Source of the DNA: an uncultured Bacteroidota bacterium
GTDB taxonomy: Bacteria > Bacteroidota > Bacteroidia > Chitinophagales > LD1
Direction: 5' to 3'
Assembly: GCA_903919075.1 (NCBI GenBank)
Contig: CAIXGR010000082.1
Span: forward strand, 2,778-66,777
DNA length: 64,000 nt
Each line of letters begins with the position of its first letter. Position 1 is the stretch's first letter. The position numbers and the translations under genes were made by a program. The notes beneath the pieces were generated by a model. That model was not told the DNA's origin. It was given only the letters and a program-made list of their open reading frames with translations, and did no database searches. Of the stretch, positions 1 to 7,454 are shown in pieces.

Positions 1-1095
1 TTTCTCCACTGCTTTCATACCGCAGAATTGTTCGTAATCAATCAATTCTTTTATTGCCCGGCTGTTTTGTTGTTTGCTTATTTTTAGTGTTCGTGTTTCA
101 AAGGTAAGCGCATCAAACACAAAAAATCTGCCGCTTAGTGTTTCGCCTACACCGGTAATAACTTTTATTACTTCATTAGCCTGCAAGCTGCCTATTATAC
201 CGGGTAGCACACCCAAAACGCCGCCCTCGGCGCAATTAGGTACAAGGCCGGGTGGGGGGGGGGTAGGGTACAAATCGCGGTAATTGGGACCGGTTACTCC
301 TTTGGCATCGGTGTAATTAAATACTGAAACCTGTCCCTCGAATTGAAAAATGGAAGCATAAATATTCGGCTTACAGGCAATTACACAGGCATCATTAACC
401 AGGTAACGGGTAGGGAAATTGTCGGTGCCATCGGCCACAACATCATATTGGCTAATCAATTCCATCGCATTCTTCGAAGTTAATTGCGTATTGTAAATAG
501 AAATATTGATATAAGGGTTCAAACTTTCCAAACGCGCTTTTGCAGCTTCAACTTTGGGTTTTCCTATTTCGGAAACGCCAAACAAAACTTGCCGTTGCAA
601 ATTGCTATCGTCAACCACATCAAAATCAACAATGCCAATGTTGCCTACACCGGCTGCTGCCAAATACAATAATAAAGGGCTGCCCAAACCACCAGAGCCA
701 ATAACTAATACCTTAGCTGCTTTTAATTTTTTTTGAGCATCTAATCCAAAATCAGGTATAATAATGTGCCGGTTGTAGCGCGATAATTCTTCTTTGCTAA
801 AAGTAATATTATCAGTAGCGCCACTTCCGCCTGCAATGGCGGGAATGATACTGATGATACTGTCCGGCTTTACAGCTGTATTTTCTTTTTGAAGATTTCT
901 TATATCATCATCCCCCACAAAAATATTTACGAATGTGCGAAGCTGCCCGTGCTCATCAATCAGATTTTTTTTAAGGTCAGGAAAATTGAGGGTAAGCTCG
1001 TTAATACATTCTTTAATATTATTACCGGCAATAATAACGCGGCTTTGGCTGTTAGTAAACTTGCGAAGCGGGGTAGGAATAATAATGGTTGCCAT
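1..1095 (-). CDS. ThiS/MoaD-like ubiquitin-fold domain (ends Gly89-Gly90) fused in frame to a MoeB/ThiF/MoeZ-type E1 adenylyltransferase; 3' end runs off the window
   Basis: My own translation from ATG at 1095-1093. It is absent from the ORF track because no stop lies in the window. It reads MATIIIPTPLRKFTNSQSRVIIAGNNIKECINELTLNFPDLKKNLIDEHGQLRTFVNIFVGDDDIRNLQKENTAVKPDSIISIIPAIAGG (GG codons at 826-831). It continues without a stop into SKEELSRYNRHIIIPDFGLDAQKKLKAAKVLVIGSGGLGSP...DNFPTRYLVNDAC...YRDLYPTPPPPGLVPNCAEGGVLGVLPG, the E1 Rossmann and active-site loop motifs. Confidence 0.85.
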   Translation of the reverse strand, partial: MATIIIPTPLRKFTNSQSRVIIAGNNIKECINELTLNFPDLKKNLIDEHGQLRTFVNIFVGDDDIRNLQKENTAVKPDSIISIIPAIAGGSGATDNITFSKEELSRYNRHIIIPDFGLDAQKKLKAAKVLVIGSGGLGSPLLLYLAAAGVGNIGIVDFDVVDDSNLQRQVLFGVSEIGKPKVEAAKARLESLNPYINISIYNTQLTSKNAMELISQYDVVADGTDNFPTRYLVNDACVIACKPNIYASIFQFEGQVSVFNYTDAKGVTGPNYRDLYPTPPPPGLVPNCAEGGVLGVLPGIIGSLQANEVIKVITGVGETLSGRFFVFDALTFETRTLKISKQQNSRAIKELIDYEQFCGMKAVEK

Positions 1096-1105
1096 GTTAT
1101 TTATT

Positions 1106-1543
1106 TTATTGTAACTGATTAATTAAATCGGGTGTAATTACTTTTTCTTCTTCAAATTGAAAATCATCATTCAAGCGCCATGATTGCAGCGATACAAATT
1201 CATTTTCGCGCACTGCAATTATAATGTACGAAAAAAACAGTTGCGCAACAACCCGGTCATGTTCGCTGGGTATTGAAGGGTGATTAGGATGCGAGTGGTA
1301 AACACCAAGCAATGCCAGATTGTTTTCTTCGGCGTATCGTTCGGCTTTAAGGTAATCTTTGGGCGTAATTTCAAAGCGCCTGCGTTTATCTCCGTCTTTG
1401 GCGTTGTTTACTACAATTATTTCTTTTATTGTTCGCTGTTCATCGTTTTCAATACCCAGTAAAAAGCCACAGCACTCATCCGGAAAAGTACGCAGGGCAT
1501 CTTCAACTAAAAGTTTTTTTATGGATGAGCTTATTGCTAACAT
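1106..1543 (-). CDS. JAMM/MPN+ (Mov34, Mec+-like) zinc metalloprotease
   Basis: Carries the JAMM motif HSHPNHPSIPSEHD (H-x-H-x7-S-xx-D) plus the upstream catalytic Glu context PDECCGFLLG. A 10-nt gap separates it from the Ubl-E1 start, and 2 nt separate it from the cysteine synthase stop. Confidence 0.85.
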   Translation of the reverse strand: MLAISSSIKKLLVEDALRTFPDECCGFLLGIENDEQRTIKEIIVVNNAKDGDKRRRFEITPKDYLKAERYAEENNLALLGVYHSHPNHPSIPSEHDRVVAQLFFSYIIIAVRENEFVSLQSWRLNDDFQFEEEKVITPDLINQLQ

Positions 1544-1545
1544 GA

Positions 1546-2484
1546 TTATAAAATTTGATTGGTTATTTCGCTGTATTTATCCGCATTATCCGGAAATACT
1601 GTAACTATTACTCCCTGCTCAATTTCGCTGGCAATTTGCAGCGCACCGGCAAGGTTAGCTGCTGCCGAAGGGCTTAATAATAATTTTTCTTTGCTGGCAG
1701 CCTCACTTATTATTGTGTAAGCATTTTCAGTAGATATTTCAAGAAATTTATCTGCCAGTGTTTCATCGTAAATTTTAGGCACTATGGCAGTTTCCAAATG
1801 TTTCCAGCCTTCTAAGCCGTGCAAAGCAAAATCGGGTTGTAAAGCTATTAGTTTTACACCGGGGTTTAGTTCTTTTAATTTTCTGCCGGTGCCAATATAT
1901 GTTCCGGTGGTGCCTAATCCCGCCACAAAATGGGTTATAGAGGGAACCTCGCGAAATATTTCTAACGCTGTGCCATTGTAGTGGGCCTTCCAGTTTTCCT
2001 GATTGGTATATTGGCTGGCATAAAAATACCGGTTTGGAAATTGATCTGCCAGTTGCGCCGCTGTTTCCTGTGCCTCATCAGTACCTCCAAATTTCGAAGT
2101 ATAGATAATTTCTGCCCCCAGAGATTTTAAAATATTCTTTCGCTCTATCGATGCGTTTTCGGGCAGGCAAAGTGCTACCCGCAAACCCAATTCTTTGCAA
2201 ATTGCGGCATAGGCAATGCCCGTATTGCCGCTGGTGGCATCAAGCAATATTTTACTTTCATCAAACGCTCCGCTTTCAATAGCATGGCGAATAATATTAA
2301 ACGCCGCGCGCGCCTTTACACTACCCGAAAGTTGTTGCCATTCGGCTTTGGCATAAATGCTAACGCGCTTATTGTTATGCAATTTGGTAATGGGTAGCAG
2401 GGGAGTATTGCCGATTTTCTGCCCAACTTCAAAAAGCCTTTGTTTCAGCTTTGGGTTTATGCTTGTTACTACTGCTGGTTCCAT
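1546..2484 (-). CDS. cysM: PLP-dependent cysteine synthase (CysM/CysK family)
   Basis: Motifs NTPLL, SGSVKARAA (PLP lysine region), TSGNTGIAYA and GLGTTGT. The ORF track starts at a TTG at 2571. I prefer ATG at 2484 (MEPAVVTSINPK...) because the upstream 29 aa overlap a hairpin and T-run. Confidence 0.85.
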   Translation of the reverse strand: MEPAVVTSINPKLKQRLFEVGQKIGNTPLLPITKLHNNKRVSIYAKAEWQQLSGSVKARAAFNIIRHAIESGAFDESKILLDATSGNTGIAYAAICKELGLRVALCLPENASIERKNILKSLGAEIIYTSKFGGTDEAQETAAQLADQFPNRYFYASQYTNQENWKAHYNGTALEIFREVPSITHFVAGLGTTGTYIGTGRKLKELNPGVKLIALQPDFALHGLEGWKHLETAIVPKIYDETLADKFLEISTENAYTIISEAASKEKLLLSPSAAANLAGALQIASEIEQGVIVTVFPDNADKYSEITNQIL

Positions 2485-2500
2485 AATTTCGTTTTTTATC

Positions 2501-2527
2501 AAAAAAAAAGCCCCACACAGTGGAGCT
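2501..2527 (-). terminator. Strand-specific intrinsic-terminator-like hairpin plus U9, 17 nt upstream of the cysM ATG
   Basis: Minus-strand RNA reads AGCUCCAC-UGU-GUGGGGCU followed by nine U (plus strand A9 at 2501-2509). One G-U pair exists only in the minus-strand transcript. It could instead overlap a promoter -7 TTTG element. Confidence 0.45.
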
Positions 2528-2850
2528 CTTATATATAGTTTAACTAATGTTAAATTGACTACGTCCACCAATAGCCATACTGGGTTGCACTACAGCAACA
2601 ACACATTACTAATTGACTATTTAACCGGCTTAAATTCATACTACGAATATATACCAACTATTCTTAATTGTCAAGGCTTTCGCCAAAGTATTAACCAGCT
2701 AAGCTCAAAAAATGTTTTGCTTTTGTGGTTATGGCCGTATTCTCCAACTGATTAAAGTCATCATTTAACATAATGGGAATCATGATTTTCAGGCATACAA
2801 GCCGCCTACCTTTGCCGTAGAATTATTAATACCAAAAAACCAAAAAAATT

Positions 2851-3045
2851 ATGAAAACTAATGTTGGTGAATTCGACGGAGCGTTTAGAACGCTGCTGTT
2901 TGTTGTAGCAATCATTTTTGCAATTATGACAGGACAATGGATATGGACAATTCCCGGAGCAATACTTTTTGCAACAGCTGTTGTATCATGGTGTCCTTTG
3001 TACGCCATGCTCGGTATTAGCTCCGATAAGCATCACATAGCCTAA
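2851..3045 (+). CDS. DUF2892 (YgaP C-terminal-like) small membrane protein
   Basis: 64 aa with two TM segments and the characteristic WCPLYAMLGIS motif. It is divergent from the cysM operon. Confidence 0.7.
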   Translation: MKTNVGEFDGAFRTLLFVVAIIFAIMTGQWIWTIPGAILFATAVVSWCPLYAMLGISSDKHHIA

Positions 3046-3181
3046 TAAGCAATATGAAAATTGAGATGCAGAAATGAATATGACGAAAATCATCCCATTG
3101 ATTAGCCGGAAAATTAGAAGATTGCGTTGGTTAACCGGAACTAGTTTGGACGCAGTTTTGTTGAGTAGTATATAGTATTGC

Positions 3182-3667
3182 ATGTTTATTTATTCGATAG
3201 CTGTTTCTGCGACCGGCTTTTGTTTTTTAGAGTTAGTAAAACAGGGTATGGAAATTTTAATTAAAGACAATAAAACCATTAAGGAAGTACAACAGCAGTT
3301 TAGCAAAGAATTTCAGTTTCTGAAAATTGAATTTTTTGATATTCCGCTTGATGGTAGAAAGGTATTGTCTAAATCGCATGTTTATCCGCCCCATAGAACA
3401 TTAGGTACAATACGCCAAAAACATAATGAAGGAACTATTAGGATTTTGCAAAGCACAACCGTAGGCGATATGGAAAAAATGCTTTGGGAGAAATTTGCCA
3501 TATCGATTCAGGTTTTCAGAAAATCAGGTAATTTATGGATTGAAACCAGCCTTACTGATTCATGGACGCTAGATCGCCAAAACCAGGAGGGAAAGGCTAT
3601 GAGCCAAGGTTATGGAAGCCAGGCCGATGAAAGGGAAGATATGACGGACAGGGATAAATGGGATTAG
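3182..3667 (+). CDS. Hypothetical protein
   Basis: Open frame of 161 aa. The likely true start is ATG at 3248 (MEILIKDNKTIKEVQQQF...). No recognisable motif. Confidence 0.5.
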   Translation: MFIYSIAVSATGFCFLELVKQGMEILIKDNKTIKEVQQQFSKEFQFLKIEFFDIPLDGRKVLSKSHVYPPHRTLGTIRQKHNEGTIRILQSTTVGDMEKMLWEKFAISIQVFRKSGNLWIETSLTDSWTLDRQNQEGKAMSQGYGSQADEREDMTDRDKWD

Positions 3668-3803
3668 CCCTTAAACCAATACATCAATAATACAGCTTAT
3701 ATTTTTTGTTCATTAACAACTATAGTTAATGTTAAAACAATTGGTAGCCTTTTTGCGTTTATCTTTATATAAGTTTTTTGCCCTCTTTCCTATTAACCGA
3801 CCC

Positions 3804-4514
3804 ATGAATACTAAGCTTTTAAAACTGTGCGCAGTAATGAGCACAGTTTTTTTTCTGCTAATTTCAGCTGCCCGAAGCGGTTCATCAGGCGAAGCAGAAG
3901 CGCGCGATAATGTTCCCGTTCCGATTTCATTCAACTTAATTTATTCAAAATTGGGCTTAAAAGAGCTTGGCTTAAACGAGGCGGCTTATAAATATGCCGT
4001 AAAGGGCTGGGAAAAACTAAAAGCTAAAGGCGAAATTTCTAGGTATATTATTTCTATTTGCGATTATACACAACCATCGGGCAATAAAAGGCTTTATGTA
4101 ATTGATATGGCTACGCAAACATTATTGTTTAATACACTAGTAGCGCATGGCAAAAACTCGGGCGATTTATATGCCAACCGGTTTTCAAACAATCCCGAGT
4201 CGCTTCAAAGCAGCCTTGGTTTTTATATTACTGGTAATACTTATACCGGTACACATGGCCTTGGTTTAAGGTTAAAGGGCCTTGAACCGGGCTTTAACAG
4301 CCTTGCCGATAGCCGCGATATTGTTATGCATGGTGCATCGTACGTGTGTGAAGAATTTGTTCATCAGTATGGCAGGCTGGGCAAAAGTTTTGGCTGCCCG
4401 GCAGTGCCCATTGCAGTACACCAGCAAATTATTAATACCATTAAGGAAGGAACCTGCCTATTTGTATTTTACCCCGATAAAAAATATCTGTCGGCCTCTC
4501 GCCTTTTGAAATAA
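3804..4514 (+). CDS. Murein L,D-transpeptidase catalytic-domain family protein (YkuD_2-like), secreted
   Basis: Signal-like N-terminus MNTKLLKLCAVMSTVFFLLISA from ATG 3804. Body motifs are RLYVIDM, LVAHGKNSG, HGLGLRLKGLE, VMHGASYV and GRLGKSFGCPAV (catalytic Cys). Confidence 0.75.
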   Translation: MNTKLLKLCAVMSTVFFLLISAARSGSSGEAEARDNVPVPISFNLIYSKLGLKELGLNEAAYKYAVKGWEKLKAKGEISRYIISICDYTQPSGNKRLYVIDMATQTLLFNTLVAHGKNSGDLYANRFSNNPESLQSSLGFYITGNTYTGTHGLGLRLKGLEPGFNSLADSRDIVMHGASYVCEEFVHQYGRLGKSFGCPAVPIAVHQQIINTIKEGTCLFVFYPDKKYLSASRLLK

Positions 4515-4662
4515 ATTTTTGAAACTCTGCAATTGTAATTACCTCAATGATAAGTTAATACACTGTGGCTTTAATTTTGTGCTTAATGTTAAATGTTTTT
4601 AGGAGCATTTTTCAATATCACAATTTTCGAAACGTGCGTTATATTGTTATAAAATTGGTTTT

Positions 4663-4968
4663 ATGAAAACGAAAAAGGTAAGTAAGAAAACACCTAAAAA
4701 GACAAAATCCAAAAAGGAAAACTTTTCATATCCTGCGGAGCAAGACATATACAGCAACGAGGAACGACTGGTGAATATAAACCCGGATGATTACTCGGAA
4801 ATTACCGAGGGGAATAAAAAAGACAATGAGCGGAATGAGAAAGATTTTAAAGATGACCATACCGGTGATGATTTAGATGTGCCGGGTTCGGAATTGGATG
4901 ATGAGGAGGAAGATGGGGGCCGGGAAGATGAAGAAAACAACTATTACAGCTTAGGGGATAATAAATAA
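4663..4968 (+). CDS. Small highly charged, probably disordered hypothetical protein
   Basis: 101 aa. Lys-rich N-terminus and a very acidic C-terminal half (DDLDVPGSELDDEEEDGGREDEENNYY). Confidence 0.5.
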   Translation: MKTKKVSKKTPKKTKSKKENFSYPAEQDIYSNEERLVNINPDDYSEITEGNKKDNERNEKDFKDDHTGDDLDVPGSELDDEEEDGGREDEENNYYSLGDNK

Positions 4969-5092
4969 TGTTTTGCCATAGTTTTTAGTAATAGCCAAGC
5001 GTATTATGGGTGTGTAAATTGCCATGCATAATTTTTTGGTATGGTCTTTGCTTAAAATTTATAACTTTACCTAAACTTCAAAAAAAATTAAT

Positions 5093-6040
5093 ATGAAAAA
5101 TAATTTCAAAACACTCACAGCCATTGGCATGTGCCTGCTTTTATTGGCAGCCTGCACTAAAACTAAAGATAATAATACAACTACATCCGATCCTAAACAG
5201 CACAACCAGGATGTTAACAATGTAAAATCTGAATCTGATAATAGTAATTCAGATATTAATACTGCAGTAAATGGTAATAGTACTTTTGGTAAAAACGGTT
5301 CTGTTGAATCTTTAGCTATTTGCGGAGGTAGTGTAGATACTACTCCGAATACTGCTCATAGCGTTACCATTACTTACGATGGTTCAGAATGCTATGGTAG
5401 AAGAAGAACCGGGCAAATTATTATAACTCTAGTATCAGGTACACACTGGTCTGATCAAGGGGCTGTACTAAAAATAACCTATAAAGAATACAAAGTAATT
5501 TTCATAAACAATAATAACCATTACGTTACCTTTAATGGAACCAAATACCTGACTGATGTTAACGGCATAACATGGGCAACGCTTATAACAGGGGGTAGCC
5601 TTGGTCAAATAAAAGAAAGGGGCGATTCCTTGTCCTTAACCTTTGAAGACAATACTTCACGGGTTTGGGGTGTTGCTCGTAAAACAACGTATCTGGTAAC
5701 TACTCCTCTTCCTTCTTTGGTAATTAGTTCAACCGTTGATGGCGATAGCATTACTCCTGATAATCGTACTTTGGATACTTGGGGTACTACCCGTTTTGGT
5801 ACTCATTTTTCAGTACAGGTAAATCAGGCTTGGCAGTCAAACAGCGCTTGCGGCTGGTGGAAGCCTATTGCTGGCATGTATACTTGTGTTGCCGATAACT
5901 TTACGCTTAGTGCTACTTTTGGGGTAAATTCAAGTGGTGTAGCTATAAATGCTACAGATTGCACTGCTTACGGTTATAAATTAGATTGGACTATTAATGC
6001 CAACAACTCTACCGGCGAAGCAATTTTGCCTTATTGGTAA
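5093..6040 (+). CDS. Hypothetical lipoprotein
   Basis: Signal peptide with lipobox (CLLLLAAC TK), followed by an Asn/Ser/Thr-rich linker. Followed by a strong terminator. Confidence 0.6.
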   Translation: MKNNFKTLTAIGMCLLLLAACTKTKDNNTTTSDPKQHNQDVNNVKSESDNSNSDINTAVNGNSTFGKNGSVESLAICGGSVDTTPNTAHSVTITYDGSECYGRRRTGQIIITLVSGTHWSDQGAVLKITYKEYKVIFINNNNHYVTFNGTKYLTDVNGITWATLITGGSLGQIKERGDSLSLTFEDNTSRVWGVARKTTYLVTTPLPSLVISSTVDGDSITPDNRTLDTWGTTRFGTHFSVQVNQAWQSNSACGWWKPIAGMYTCVADNFTLSATFGVNSSGVAINATDCTAYGYKLDWTINANNSTGEAILPYW

Positions 6041-6064
6041 TATCCGGGATTAAAATATAAAAAC

Positions 6065-6092
6065 AAAAAAGGCGCTCAACGGCGCCTTTTTT
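6065..6092. terminator. Bidirectional rho-independent terminator
   Basis: AAAAAAGGCGC-tcaacg-GCGCCTTTTTT between convergent genes 5093..6040(+) and 6146..6757(-). Confidence 0.8.
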
Positions 6093-6145
6093 GTTTTTAT
6101 ATTCAACTAACTGTTGCTTATTTTTCAGCTAAATTAATTTCAATA

Positions 6146-6757
6146 TTACTTACAAGTATTATACTTCTTTACAATTGGTACAATCTGGCCATAGTCGTAA
6201 CCACCGGCTTTCGATTCTTTAACTAAGCTTGGGCAATCGCCAAAAAATTCCTCAAAATGTTTTTCAAGAAACTTGCCATGGGGGGTGTAGTTTTTACCTT
6301 TAACAACCAACACATAAAGTGCTAAGCTGTGCATGTTTTCGGTACTGGTGTAGGTTGTTGCACCCGGCGAGGTAGTTATAGTAGTATGCGGTACACCGGC
6401 CTGACCAGCCCAATAGTATAAATTGGCTTTACCCTCTGATATTACTTCCATAATTTTATGGCCGCCGGTCATTTCATGGTTTATATATATTTTGCCGCCA
6501 AAAAGGAAATAATGAATATTGCTGTTCGGAACTTTAGTGTCTTTACCGCTTCCTTCATTAATAAAAGTATTACCGGTATTTAGGTTTACCTGCATGTTAT
6601 TGTAAACTTCAAACGATTTTTCGGCAATGGCACCGGTTATAATTTTCCCGTCGTTTAATATCAAGGTGTCAGTGCCTGAACTTGAAGGATGTTCAGCCGC
6701 AAAAAGCCGGGCACTGCATATTGCAAGCATAATAAACGAAGAAATTTTGTGTTTCAT
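6146..6757 (-). CDS. Hypothetical secreted protein
   Basis: N-terminal signal peptide MKHKISSFIMLAICSARLFAAEH. No recognisable catalytic motif. Confidence 0.55.
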   Translation of the reverse strand: MKHKISSFIMLAICSARLFAAEHPSSSGTDTLILNDGKIITGAIAEKSFEVYNNMQVNLNTGNTFINEGSGKDTKVPNSNIHYFLFGGKIYINHEMTGGHKIMEVISEGKANLYYWAGQAGVPHTTITTSPGATTYTSTENMHSLALYVLVVKGKNYTPHGKFLEKHFEEFFGDCPSLVKESKAGGYDYGQIVPIVKKYNTCK

Positions 6758-6888
6758 AAATGTGGTTTAATAGTGAATAATGGTATAATTATAAGAAATA
6801 TTTGAATTTAATTGCTAAGTTTTTAGGCTTTGGCGGTTGAATGTTCAAATAATCCTAAATGCACCCCGTGCTTAAATATTTAAGCGGC

Positions 6889-7263
6889 TCACACAATTCT
6901 CACAGCTTGCCTTGCCAATAGCTTCACCCCTTCGCTTTCTTTCTGCCATACTAGGAGCACTTTAATTTTTACAGTGCCCGGTTTGCCGCCATCGTTAGTG
7001 GTAGCGTTAAACAGGTGCCTAACAATAGCTGTGTTTTGCGAAATAGAAATGGTTTGTTCCGAAAGCTCAATGGTTACAAAATCCGATTTTCCGCTTACAA
7101 TGTTTTCTACAAATTGTATTTTGCTTTCCACATTTCCATTACTGTGCCCATAGCTAAGGCTATCTGCGGCAAGGCTTTCGAGAGTTGCTTTGTTGGCATC
7201 TATCATGGCTTTGCGTAGCTTTTCAACCGCAATGGCTACTTCCTGTTCGTTTAATATCTGCAT
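6889..7263 (-). CDS. NTF2-fold protein (DUF4440/SnoaL-like)
   Basis: 124 aa. The pattern AMIDANKATLESLAADSLSYGHSNG...FVTIEL...VRHLF...VLLVWQKE is typical of DUF4440 proteins. Confidence 0.65.
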   Translation of the reverse strand: MQILNEQEVAIAVEKLRKAMIDANKATLESLAADSLSYGHSNGNVESKIQFVENIVSGKSDFVTIELSEQTISISQNTAIVRHLFNATTNDGGKPGTVKIKVLLVWQKESEGVKLLARQAVRIV

Positions 7264-7454
7264 GGTAAAATATATTTAGTCTGATAAATTAAGTGGGCAA
7301 ACATAATAATTTCACAGAGTGTTTTTTTGAGCTTCAAATACCCCCCATAAATAAGCGCTATTGTTAAAATGCCTCATTTTTATTAGCGGGAAATAAAGAC
7401 TGTGAGTACAATTTCAATTTTATACGTTTAATATATATAAAACCGCGTGGCACA

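Noticed and set aside
254-263. A G10 homopolymer (C10 on the coding strand) inside the E1 gene, which looked like a phase-variation or slippage tract.
   Set aside because: It encodes the PPPP of YRDLYPTPPPPGLVPNCAEGGVLG, a motif conserved in MoeB/MoeZ-type E1s. The frame is intact from ATG 1095 to the window edge. It remains a plausible sequencing-error hotspot, but nothing indicates regulation.
1546-2571. N-terminal extensions in several track ORFs, whose leading M is actually a TTG or GTG codon. Examples are cysM to 2571, glnN to 11541, dnaB to 26907, gcdH to 28430, pntB to 55588, pntAA to 57174, the GT2 to 42703 and the Lon-N gene from 50245.
   Set aside because: In each case an internal ATG aligns with the expected conserved N-terminus of the family. 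The extension is hydrophobic or low-complexity junk, or it overlaps a hairpin or a neighbouring gene. I report the shorter coordinates and note the alternative.
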